Both the position numbers and the translations under genes were made by a program. DNA of 20,000 nucleotides, taken from IMG/VR virus record IMGVR_UViG_3300017758_004847; one strand, given 5' to 3'. This document shows positions 8,827 to 17,093 of this stretch, piece after piece; positions within the stretch are counted from its first letter, which is position 1, and every line of letters starts with the position of its first letter. Origin of the DNA: an uncultured virus (IMG/VR IMGVR_UViG_3300017758_004847). Its lineage: Duplodnaviria; Heunggongvirae; Uroviricota; Caudoviricetes. The notes below the pieces were generated by a model. It was not told where the DNA came from and did no database searches. It saw only the letters and a list, made by a program, of their open reading frames with translations.

Positions 8827-10208
8827 AATTTTACATTGTAAATTTTACACTTTTCAGTGTGTTGAATGGTTTTCACTAATTCATATTTTAAATTACTGAT
8901 CCCATCTTCTTTATAATTAATTTTACCCTGTTGCATAAGGGTAACAAATCTCTTTTCATTTTTTGCGGTGGTCTCACCTTTAACCCATCTACCGTTAACA
9001 AGTCCTTCGTCGACATGTGGTAAACAATAAAAGGAACCCTCCCTTCTATGTGGTAGAATACTATTATTAATCGAAATATCTTCTTGAGTTATTTCTACGT
9101 TTCTATGTATACTTTCATCATCTTGATTCAAATCAAATATTAAATTCTCAGTGTTGTCCCTACATTCTTCAAACGACTTAAAAGAATTATCATATATTTT
9201 CATTTCTGCAATTCTTCCTTTGAAGTTTATGTTTGAGTGGTTACATCTTCCAATGAATAAATTACCTACTGAGGAGTGTGACCTGAACTTTTTTGATAAT
9301 GTTATTGGTTCTGATTTTAATATATCACCATTTACATTTACTAACTTATCATTAATAAAAATATGTAAGGTCATATCTTCATAGTTGTACGATGCTGTAA
9401 ACCACGCCCATTGATTTTCACTACATTTAACCCAATGGTATATAGGATTATTTTGTAAATCGAAGTTAAGGGTTGATAGTGCTCTTGAATTGTTAAATGA
9501 TAATCCCCAAGTCCAACTTCCGTCTTTTCTGATTATTGGGTACTCTATAAATTTCCTATCCTCATCACCCACTAACCATATAGGTACAACATCTGGTTGT
9601 TGGTCGGGAGATACCAATACTGATATTGTATGGTTCCTAAATAATGGTGTTGTTATCTCTCGTTTCGATGGTATTTCGATTTGTGAGGTATCACCATCAA
9701 AATTATATACCTTCTTATTTTTTAATTCTTTATAAATTGACCTATCACTCAAACCTTCGTAATCACATCTCCAAAAAAGATCATCGTCTTCTTGACCCCA
9801 ATCCCAATAATCATTAGAGTAACCATTGGTTCTTTCCAAGTGTTCTTTATTTAAAAGTACTACCCCACCAAAATATTGTTCATACCCAAGTGAATAGGAA
9901 TATTTCGATAGTTTGGTTGCAATATGTGTGGGTGTTTCTTCAGGATACGAATAGTCACAACTATCATCATTAGGTAACATATCAACATCGTGAAATGCCA
10001 CGTAGTCACACCCATCCTCTAAGGCTTTGACCGCAGCAATATTTTTCATGGACCCTCTATTGAATAGTTTATCGTCCACTTGATGACCAACATATACACA
10101 ATAATCAATACCTTTTTTAGTTAGATGTTCATCTAATTTAAGTAATAACCTTTCTAAATGTTCCTCTCTGTTTCTATAGGGTATACAGATACCTAATTTG
10201 TGTGTCAT
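8823..10208 (-). CDS. GT7 (beta-1,4-galactosyltransferase-like) glycosyltransferase with internal LamG/ConA domain
   Basis: GT7 motifs IPYRNREEHL, FNRG, FHDVDMLP, YFGGV, NGYSNDYWDWGQEDDDL. LamG-like segment at aa ~165-375 (YNFDGDTSQIEIP...LFIGR...FKGRIAEMKIYD). The GT7 tail resumes at RREGSFYCLPH...DGISNLKY. Confidence 0.85.
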   Translation of the reverse strand: MTHKLGICIPYRNREEHLERLLLKLDEHLTKKGIDYCVYVGHQVDDKLFNRGSMKNIAAVKALEDGCDYVAFHDVDMLPNDDSCDYSYPEETPTHIATKLSKYSYSLGYEQYFGGVVLLNKEHLERTNGYSNDYWDWGQEDDDLFWRCDYEGLSDRSIYKELKNKKVYNFDGDTSQIEIPSKREITTPLFRNHTISVLVSPDQQPDVVPIWLVGDEDRKFIEYPIIRKDGSWTWGLSFNNSRALSTLNFDLQNNPIYHWVKCSENQWAWFTASYNYEDMTLHIFINDKLVNVNGDILKSEPITLSKKFRSHSSVGNLFIGRCNHSNINFKGRIAEMKIYDNSFKSFEECRDNTENLIFDLNQDDESIHRNVEITQEDISINNSILPHRREGSFYCLPHVDEGLVNGRWVKGETTAKNEKRFVTLMQQGKINYKEDGISNLKYELVKTIQHTEKCKIYNVKL

Positions 10209-11626
10209 ATCCCAACATTTAGGTGTACCTGATTATTAATCTTACTTCTTGAGTGTAAAGTATATTCTAAATTTGATAGACCGTCTTCATCAAAGTTCCT
10301 ATAACCTTTTTCCATTTCATTATGATATCTCATTTGATTATATCTTATGTTGATATCAGTCCATGATCCATTTTTATAACCCGAAGACTCATGTGATAAA
10401 GTTTCGAAGTAACCCCTTCTTCTAAATGGTACTTTTATGATTTTTTCCCTTAGAAATTCACAATTTACTATTTCACATTCGGCAACCTCTAAAGGATTTT
10501 CATAATCGACCAAATCCATTACCTTGTAGTCTTTAATATACCTCATGTCATAATACTGAACTAAATTCCCGTCCCTATCATATGACCCAAAAGGCATAGT
10601 CAGTGAGTATTTACTATTTTTTGTTATTTCTTGGATATTTTCTTTATTTAAAAGGTCATTATAAACCACGAGTTGTGATATAACACCCCTAAATAATTCT
10701 TCCTCTTCATTCTTACATCCCACATAGAAGTCCTCGTTTTTCGTATTTAATAAATCTTTTTTAAATTTTGTTTTACCGAGGTATTCACCGTCTTGGTACA
10801 TCATAACACTTTTTCTTTCACCATCGATTTTTAGTACTACTGTGGTTTTTCTTGAGTCGGTTAATTTACTATCAACGTAAGACCATTCCTCACCATCTTC
10901 CATTAAAAACTTATATCTTCTAAACGAATCATATGAAAGTGTTAATCCTACGGACGGAATTGAGAATACCGTATGTCTGTCATAATCTCTTTTCTCATCA
11001 CATATAATTTCATCGGGATGAAATGTAACAACAATAGTTGTTCTCCCCCTGAGGTCATTTTTAAATTTACCTTTAGATATGGAGTTAAATCCATTATATC
11101 TTAGTGCTACTTGAGGTCCTCCCTCAATACCTACACTCTTGGTGTCATAAGGTATCCCCTTGAACACACAACGTTTAAAAAGATCATCATCTTCGAACCC
11201 CCAACCCCAATAAACGTTTGAATATCCATTGATTATTTGAAATACATCAACGGGGAATATTGTTACACCACCGAAATATGTATCAAATATTGTTCTCTCA
11301 AAATCGGGATCATCGGAAACAAAGTCTGTTGCCAAATGTTGTGGTACTCTACTAAATGAGTAATCTACCTTAAGTGGTATGAGATCCACATCATGGAATA
11401 CAACATAGTTACATTTTTCTCGTAATGCTTCCTCAAAACCAATGTTTAGTAATGTACCTCTGTTAAATAGTTTTGCGTCATCTTGTTCTACAATAATTAA
11501 AACATATTCATAACCTTTCTTATCAAGATACTTTTTGATTTGTTTCTTGAAGTGAATGAGATGTTTATATCTATCCCTGTAAGGTACAACAACACCTAAT
11601 TTATTATTCGTCTTCGTTTGACCCAT
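10205..11626 (-). CDS. GT7 (beta-1,4-galactosyltransferase-like) glycosyltransferase with internal LamG/ConA domain
   Basis: VPYRDRYKHL, IVEQ, FNRGTLLNIGF, FHDVDLIP, YFGGV, NGYSNVYWGWGFEDDDL. LamG-like segment at aa ~170-390 (ALRYNG...MYQDG...FYVG...FRGVISQLVVYN). The GT7 tail is RRRGYFETLSH...DGLSNLEY...LNVGI. Confidence 0.85.
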   Translation of the reverse strand: MGQTKTNNKLGVVVPYRDRYKHLIHFKKQIKKYLDKKGYEYVLIIVEQDDAKLFNRGTLLNIGFEEALREKCNYVVFHDVDLIPLKVDYSFSRVPQHLATDFVSDDPDFERTIFDTYFGGVTIFPVDVFQIINGYSNVYWGWGFEDDDLFKRCVFKGIPYDTKSVGIEGGPQVALRYNGFNSISKGKFKNDLRGRTTIVVTFHPDEIICDEKRDYDRHTVFSIPSVGLTLSYDSFRRYKFLMEDGEEWSYVDSKLTDSRKTTVVLKIDGERKSVMMYQDGEYLGKTKFKKDLLNTKNEDFYVGCKNEEEELFRGVISQLVVYNDLLNKENIQEITKNSKYSLTMPFGSYDRDGNLVQYYDMRYIKDYKVMDLVDYENPLEVAECEIVNCEFLREKIIKVPFRRRGYFETLSHESSGYKNGSWTDINIRYNQMRYHNEMEKGYRNFDEDGLSNLEYTLHSRSKINNQVHLNVGI

Positions 11627-11822
11627 CCTTTATTGTGTGTTTGTGCCATTCATGTAAATAATACTGTATTCTTTCGTCCCAAGAAATCTTATCAATTTCC
11701 TCGAACCAAATAGTCATTGCATCTAATGAATTACCTATTTTTTCTAATGCTTTAACTTTTCTTTGTTCTAAAAGTAATTTCTCTTCCTCAAAATCACTTG
11801 TCTTTGTTTTCTTTGTTGGCAT
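11604..11822 (-). CDS. Small hypothetical protein (predicted helical/coiled-coil)
   Basis: 72 aa. Starts 3 nt after the upstream TAG stop and overlaps the downstream GT7 start by 23 nt. Confidence 0.6.
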   Translation of the reverse strand: MPTKKTKTSDFEEEKLLLEQRKVKALEKIGNSLDAMTIWFEEIDKISWDERIQYYLHEWHKHTIKDGSNEDE

Positions 11823-11825
11823 AAT

Positions 11826-12680
11826 CTAAATACTTATAATTTTTCTAATTAATTTATTCCAGTTTTTATAAGAGTTAAAATCGGGTTTATCACATTTCGA
11901 AAACATGAAATCACGTTTTCTTATGTTTAGTCTAAAATCACGTCTTCTAAGTTCATCGTACATTTTTCTATACTCTTTAGAAAATGCGTACGGTTGATCC
12001 AAATCCGCGACACTCTTAATTCGTTTAATTGAAGTATCATCCCATTTAAAGTGATGTACTTGTACTGAATGGGTTTGGTATGGTGCTATACTTGGGTGTT
12101 CCCATCCTTGCCACCTCCAAGTTGTGTGACCATTTATTTTTGCATAATGTTGTCCATTAGTAATCTCAACATCTCCCCTAACTAAAGATACTTTGTTTGG
12201 ACATGCATTACTCAATGGGTATCTGAAAAATCCCGCATGTGGATACTGTTTGAATATTGGTGTTTCTTTTTCTAAAATGGAAAATTCTCCATTTGGTCCG
12301 ATACGATCAATAAACCCACCTCTTGCTATTTCCCATAAATTATCATCGCACGAGGATACTAGTTTATCTAAACTATTTTTTGGGTAAAGTTGAAATTCGT
12401 CAATATCCGCAATTATCCACCAATCATTTTTCTTTTTATTTTTATACATGTTGTATAAAATTGTGACCTTTTCCCAATCATATACTCTTTCACGAACAAT
12501 ACCCAAAATTTTACAATTATCATAAGAATTAATAATTGGTTTTGATCTATTCACTATTCTTGGGGTTAATTCAGACTCATATAGAACAAAATTGAGTTCG
12601 TCTACATATTTCGAGTAATGATCAATAAAATGAGGTAACAATTCGTAACCGTGACCTAAAACACATAATAATCTAACCAT
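11826..12680 (-). CDS. Glycosyltransferase family 2-like (Glyco_tranf_2_4 type)
   Basis: LLPHFIDHY, WWIIADIDEF (DxD), K...GQH and VHHFKW pattern typical of this GT2 subgroup. Confidence 0.8.
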   Translation of the reverse strand: MVRLLCVLGHGYELLPHFIDHYSKYVDELNFVLYESELTPRIVNRSKPIINSYDNCKILGIVRERVYDWEKVTILYNMYKNKKKNDWWIIADIDEFQLYPKNSLDKLVSSCDDNLWEIARGGFIDRIGPNGEFSILEKETPIFKQYPHAGFFRYPLSNACPNKVSLVRGDVEITNGQHYAKINGHTTWRWQGWEHPSIAPYQTHSVQVHHFKWDDTSIKRIKSVADLDQPYAFSKEYRKMYDELRRRDFRLNIRKRDFMFSKCDKPDFNSYKNWNKLIRKIISI

Positions 12681-13401
12681 TTTTCTTCACAATTGTAATT
12701 CCTGTTGAAGATGGTTTTGTATTTAATTGGCCGTGATTAAATAAATCCAAAACTGTCCAATCAGGATCGTTTTTTAAGTTATTTACTAATTTAGAAGGAC
12801 CATCGAAGGGAAAGAAGTCTTTTTTTGCGTCTTCTGACACCAATAGGGTTTCGGAATATGTAGAATCAGTATCGTGAAGTAATATTAAACCATTAGGGTT
12901 TAATATTGTTGAATACAAATCAAAGTCCTTCTTCACACCTTCATATGAGTGGTCCCCATCGATAAAGAGTAAATCAATATCGATGTTTTCTTTAACAAAG
13001 AAGTCATAAAATGCCCTCTCTGATTTTTCTTTTATGAATCTTGGATAAAATGTTTTTCTATAAAAACTATTTTCATCATCTAATGTACTTTGTCCACCAA
13101 CCCCATTACATGGGTCGACAACAAACGTACAACCTATATCTCCCCAACTATGTGCCCTATCACCTTCAAAAATATTTTGACTATGTAGGTCTAATCTAGC
13201 TTGAGTCATAATTCTTGGTATATATCCTCCACCTGAACCAATACAAACACAGTTTTTATACCTCATATGTTGAATTAGTGAATAAACAATCCAACCATCA
13301 CCAATATGTGATTTAGTGGCTCCGTGTGTCCATATAAATGGTAATTTTTTACCATTATCTGTTGTGATATGTGATTCTATATATTCTTGATTACTTATCA
13401 T
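12673..13401 (-). CDS. Class I SAM-dependent methyltransferase (Methyltransf_24 type)
   Basis: CVCIGSGGGY (motif I), VVDP and DLLFIDGDHSYEGVKKDF...LNPNGLILLHDT. Confidence 0.88.
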   Translation of the reverse strand: MISNQEYIESHITTDNGKKLPFIWTHGATKSHIGDGWIVYSLIQHMRYKNCVCIGSGGGYIPRIMTQARLDLHSQNIFEGDRAHSWGDIGCTFVVDPCNGVGGQSTLDDENSFYRKTFYPRFIKEKSERAFYDFFVKENIDIDLLFIDGDHSYEGVKKDFDLYSTILNPNGLILLHDTDSTYSETLLVSEDAKKDFFPFDGPSKLVNNLKNDPDWTVLDLFNHGQLNTKPSSTGITIVKKNG

Positions 13402-14135
13402 AACTTCATGAAATCAGGTCTTTGGTCTGATGGGGTATATTTTGTTATTGGTCTAATTATATTGTTTGTTAGTGTTGATAGTCTTGCATCTTTAGTAATC
13501 TTAGTACCACTGAGTTTACAAGAAAGTGCAATTGATATTCCTTCTCCCGCCCCCCTGACGTAATTATCGAGTGAAAGATCACAAAACTCTTTAATTATCT
13601 GTAGTTTATCATATTCTTTAAAGAAACCTACACTATTGAAGTTATTCCTGTTGAAGACTATAAAGTATTCCCAAACTGTCTCTAATTCTTTAAAATTACT
13701 ATACTTGTTTGTACAATATTTTTTATATTCTCCCCACTCATCACTATCCATCGGTATTTCACCAACTTTACTAAATTTTGCTTTATGAACTGATAGTGAA
13801 TCAACATATGATACACCATCGACATATGGATAATTCTCTAGTTTTCTGAATACATCGTAATCTGTTATAAAAGTGTCAGCATCGATTAATATTGCTATAG
13901 GACATTTCTTATGTATTTCTTTTACTAACTTAATTTTATCGTGATAAGATTTGAAAGAACGATCGTATGATATAATATCTATCTTGCCCCAATATTTTTT
14001 AATGAAGTAATCATAATCGTCTGTAAGAATATAACAATTATATCCTCTCGTAGTGAGATTTTCTATTTTTTCGTCAGTACCTCGAAAGTATTTCTCTTCA
14101 CCGAAGCACATTATACCGAAACCAATGTGATTCAT
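13398..14135 (-). CDS. Putative GT-A fold glycosyltransferase
   Basis: N-terminal strand IMCFG..Y, YILTD, YHDK, AILIDADT (DxD) and late GAGEG motif. Confidence 0.55.
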   Translation of the reverse strand: MNHIGFGIMCFGEEKYFRGTDEKIENLTTRGYNCYILTDDYDYFIKKYWGKIDIISYDRSFKSYHDKIKLVKEIHKKCPIAILIDADTFITDYDVFRKLENYPYVDGVSYVDSLSVHKAKFSKVGEIPMDSDEWGEYKKYCTNKYSNFKELETVWEYFIVFNRNNFNSVGFFKEYDKLQIIKEFCDLSLDNYVRGAGEGISIALSCKLSGTKITKDARLSTLTNNIIRPITKYTPSDQRPDFMKL

Positions 14136-14142
14136 GTTAATA

Positions 14143-14171
14143 ATAGTATAGAAAAAAAATTTAAAAAGAAA
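14143..14171 (-). promoter_or_regulatory. Candidate sigma70-like promoter TTTCTT-N17-TACTAT
   Basis: Lies in the intergenic gap 14136-14181, with a 17-nt spacer; -10 element is 7 nt before the ATG. Weak -35 match. Confidence 0.25.
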
Positions 14172-14181
14172 CCCTAATTAA

Positions 14182-14820
14182 TCACAAACCGAATTTAGTA
14201 GTACCTAAATGCCCAATGTCCCGACTTAAGTTCGTATCTATATATATATTTTCACCTATATTCCTCATTTTGGTAAAGAGGTTAAAATCTTCACCCAACC
14301 AATCATCGGATTCTCTATCATAGGTAAATTCGAAATATGGTTTTCTTAATTTAAGAAACAGATCGGTTTTAATTAAAATACAACCCATACCAACACCCTC
14401 GACTTTCACTAAATCTTTTTCTTCATCTAAGGGTACCCAACTGTCCCAATTACCTATATCTCTATAAGCCACTGGTGTCTGAGGATTTGATCTCTTTTTA
14501 TAATTACAACCAACAATCTTCATATTGTGTGATAATAATTTTAGGAGTGTTGTTGATGGAAAGGTCATATCACTATCTAACCATAGTGTGTAATCGGATT
14601 CTACTTCGAATGAATTGTTAACTAAGTGTTCTCTTTGATTTAGAAGTACTGATCCTGAATTAAAGAATAGAAATGTTTCAATACCCGCCGATTCACTTGT
14701 TTTTATTAATTGGGATAAACAATATGCAAAAGGTGTGTGAACCGTATCTCTTGTAGGTACCACAATTGCAACCTTAGTTGGTTGATTGTCCCAAATTGAT
14801 GTGTCTAATTTTGTTTTCAA
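14182..14820 (-). CDS. GT-A fold (GT2-like) glycosyltransferase
   Basis: KVAIVVPTRD, QRE.LV, LWLDSDMTFP (DxD), VGMGCILIK, GEDFNLF and IGHLG. TTG start overlaps the upstream TGA (TTGA). Confidence 0.8.
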   Translation of the reverse strand: MKTKLDTSIWDNQPTKVAIVVPTRDTVHTPFAYCLSQLIKTSESAGIETFLFFNSGSVLLNQREHLVNNSFEVESDYTLWLDSDMTFPSTTLLKLLSHNMKIVGCNYKKRSNPQTPVAYRDIGNWDSWVPLDEEKDLVKVEGVGMGCILIKTDLFLKLRKPYFEFTYDRESDDWLGEDFNLFTKMRNIGENIYIDTNLSRDIGHLGTTKFGL

Positions 14821-15263
14821 CCTTTAGGTATTGTATCTGTAAAATTATCGTTCTGTACGTACATTGATTGTCCAATACTGATTAGTTCTTGAATCCTTTT
14901 GGTAATTAAGTCATAATCATTTTTAGGTAAGTTGGTTATTGACCTATAGGTTTCAGGACTATAAGTTCCATTTGTAAGTATTTCACTTGAACCTATACGT
15001 GATATTCTTTCAATATGACATATTCTTGAGGTATTTTCGTCATTTTTGAGTAATCTACGTAACTTTTTCTCACCTTGTCGTTTTATTATTTTTTTAAACA
15101 CATTTAATTCGTGTTTATGTGTTTTGAAAAAGATGGAAAGAACTTTAAGAGTATTATACCTATTAAAAAACCTTTTAAGTTTCTCTCTATCGTAATGAAC
15201 GTCAACCCACATTATGTGGATTAATTCATATTCGGATTTTTTATTTTTAAAATTGAAGATCAT
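14817..15263 (-). CDS. Hypothetical helical protein coupled to the GT-A gene
   Basis: 148 aa with C-terminal HIERISR...EILTNG..SPETY..I..LP..DY, a pattern I recall from phage proteins lying between a small tail-tip peptide and a GT2-like gene. Translationally coupled to 14182-14820. Confidence 0.6.
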   Translation of the reverse strand: MIFNFKNKKSEYELIHIMWVDVHYDREKLKRFFNRYNTLKVLSIFFKTHKHELNVFKKIIKRQGEKKLRRLLKNDENTSRICHIERISRIGSSEILTNGTYSPETYRSITNLPKNDYDLITKRIQELISIGQSMYVQNDNFTDTIPKG

Positions 15264-15317
15264 TAATATATAAACCTATACATAAGAATATAAGTAAATA
15301 AATTAATATTATAAAGG

Positions 15318-15548
15318 TTAGTATGTGTTTGGAGTATCTAACCCACCGAAGTCTTCGGATTCTTGTGTTTCAGATCCTGATACAATGTTAGGTATGAACG
15401 TTGTGGCGTTACTTCTATTTATACCTAAAGTACCATTTAATTTTATGTTTGAACCCGCAGCAGGAGGATATGTGGCACTAGTTGTACCTAAAGCCCTTGA
15501 TATTCTTCCCATACTTACTTCCGTACCTGTTGCTGGTATTGTTCCCAT
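15318..15548 (-). CDS. 76-aa Ser/Thr/Gly-rich virion protein resembling the N-terminal attachment segment of tail-fibre tip proteins
   Basis: MGTIPATGTEVSMGRISRALG...IKLNGTLG...ESEDFGG resembles the 'MALPxSGxISMxxIxxxxG...ISxSDFxG' pattern of proteins found after S74 tail fibres. Starts 3 nt after the LamG gene stop. Confidence 0.6.
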   Translation of the reverse strand: MGTIPATGTEVSMGRISRALGTTSATYPPAAGSNIKLNGTLGINRSNATTFIPNIVSGSETQESEDFGGLDTPNTY

Positions 15549-15551
15549 TAG

Positions 15552-16760
15552 TTATCCTCTTTGTTTTAAAGTATTATAACTTCTTATTACTTCCGTTTGA
15601 CTCAAAGCCCTATTATAAACTCTTAATGTGTATAATGAACCTGAAAAAGGTTCTCCCGCACCATTTACATCAGCACCGATCCTATATAATTGTCCGTTGT
15701 TTGTGATAGATGTATTTAAGGTACCAGTACTAGATAATGCACCGTCTAAGTATAGTTTAACGGAACCACTTTGTCTTGTCGCCACCATATGGTGTGTACC
15801 CGAAGTAATTGGGGATCCTGAAGCATATACACTTCCATTGATATATAAACCATATTGACCTGAAAACCATATTGAGGAGGATGTATAACCTGACCCATAA
15901 TTACCAAGTAATTCTCCACCTCCACTACCAGTTATTGTATAATAAGCTTCAATAGTAAAGTCACCACTACCCTGTAACATTGCTTGACTATCGGGTATAT
16001 CTATATAATCATTAGTTCCATCAAAATTCAAATAACCTGTCGGGTTTTCATATGGGATTGCACTATTCAAATGGGCAACTGCACCACTTTGTTCGTTTTC
16101 ATAAGCCCAACCGTAAGCATATCCCGCACCTAAACCTGGTTTACCAACCAATACCCATTCTCTCCTACTAGTATTCCAAGATTCAATGTCTAAAGGACCA
16201 CCTAAATCCATCATAATTGTTTTGAGTGCGGTATCGTAAACATCACAAGCGTGACTACCGATTAGAATATGAGTTGCGTTAGGATATACAGTTTGTATAT
16301 TATAGTAATCGTTTTCAAATTTTACCAACTCCGCATCATAGTCACTATAACCCGCATAATTATCATAACAATGTCCGTTAATTCTTAAACCTGTAAAAAA
16401 GGAATCGGGTACCCAACCACCGCCATCTTCGTCATAAACAAAATAATTCAAGGCTCTACTACAATCGTATGTTTTACTCGATGAAATGTTATTAAAACCA
16501 GATGTGATACCATCTCTACTCGCAGGAGTATAATTAGATTCGGGATAAGTTATACCATATATAGTGTAAAGATTTGCACCACCAATATAACTCATGTTTT
16601 GTAGGTCCATATCCACTTTAGATATTAGGTCTCTAACTGCATTTGATGAGTTACTTGGTCCTGAGGTACCCACTCTACTGTACCCGCGTACCGATGCAGA
16701 CCCATCGATTGAAAAGATCAAATTATCTCTATTAACTTTAGGTCCTGCAGATATTCCCAT
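15552..16760 (-). CDS. LamG/ConA-like lectin-fold virion protein with inserted ILEI/FAM3-like domain
   Basis: N-terminus GPKVNRDNLIFSIDG matches the 225-aa paralogue. C-terminal LamG core YLNFDGTNDYIDIP...FTIEAY...KLYLDG...RIG...YNRALSQTEV. The middle has SRALN...YDNY...ILIGSHA...LGG...RREWVLVGKPGLG. Confidence 0.75.
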   Translation of the reverse strand: MGISAGPKVNRDNLIFSIDGSASVRGYSRVGTSGPSNSSNAVRDLISKVDMDLQNMSYIGGANLYTIYGITYPESNYTPASRDGITSGFNNISSSKTYDCSRALNYFVYDEDGGGWVPDSFFTGLRINGHCYDNYAGYSDYDAELVKFENDYYNIQTVYPNATHILIGSHACDVYDTALKTIMMDLGGPLDIESWNTSRREWVLVGKPGLGAGYAYGWAYENEQSGAVAHLNSAIPYENPTGYLNFDGTNDYIDIPDSQAMLQGSGDFTIEAYYTITGSGGGELLGNYGSGYTSSSIWFSGQYGLYINGSVYASGSPITSGTHHMVATRQSGSVKLYLDGALSSTGTLNTSITNNGQLYRIGADVNGAGEPFSGSLYTLRVYNRALSQTEVIRSYNTLKQRG

Positions 16761-17092
16761 TATATTTTTGTGTCATCAAATGTCCACTCAGGGGTACTTA
16801 ATAATTGTACCATTTCTTTGTGGTTATATTCATTAAATTCTTCTGAATAAACTGAAGGTCTTCCATAAATACCCACCTCTACGGTGTGTGTTGTATCCAA
16901 CTCATCCACCTCTATCGACGGTACGGTCACTTCATAAGATTCTAAAACTTCATTTATTTCATACTTAATAAAAGTTTTAGTTCCATCCGTTGAATATCTT
17001 AATGTCTCAGGACTTTTTTCTAAAACTTGACTGAAATCTACTGTATCTACTATGGTTGACGGTATTACTAACCACCTTCTACTTTCAAACAT
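16760..17092 (-). CDS. Conserved phage hypothetical protein (tail-fibre associated)
   Basis: VDFSQVLE.S.ETLRYS.DGTKTFIKY...YNH.E....L.T.EWT pattern that I recognise from aquatic phage tail regions. TAATG coupling to the next gene. Confidence 0.7.
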   Translation of the reverse strand: MFESRRWLVIPSTIVDTVDFSQVLEKSPETLRYSTDGTKTFIKYEINEVLESYEVTVPSIEVDELDTTHTVEVGIYGRPSVYSEEFNEYNHKEMVQLLSTPEWTFDDTKI

Positions 17093-17093
17093 A

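Noticed and set aside
9084..11119. GT7 insertions as inteins or introns
   Set aside because: No Cys/Ser start with a His-Asn end and no LAGLIDADG/HNH motifs; the frames are continuous and the inserts look like LamG domains.
15264..15317. Rho-independent terminator between the structural and glycosylation modules
   Set aside because: No GC-rich hairpin followed by a U-tract is visible in this or the other gaps.
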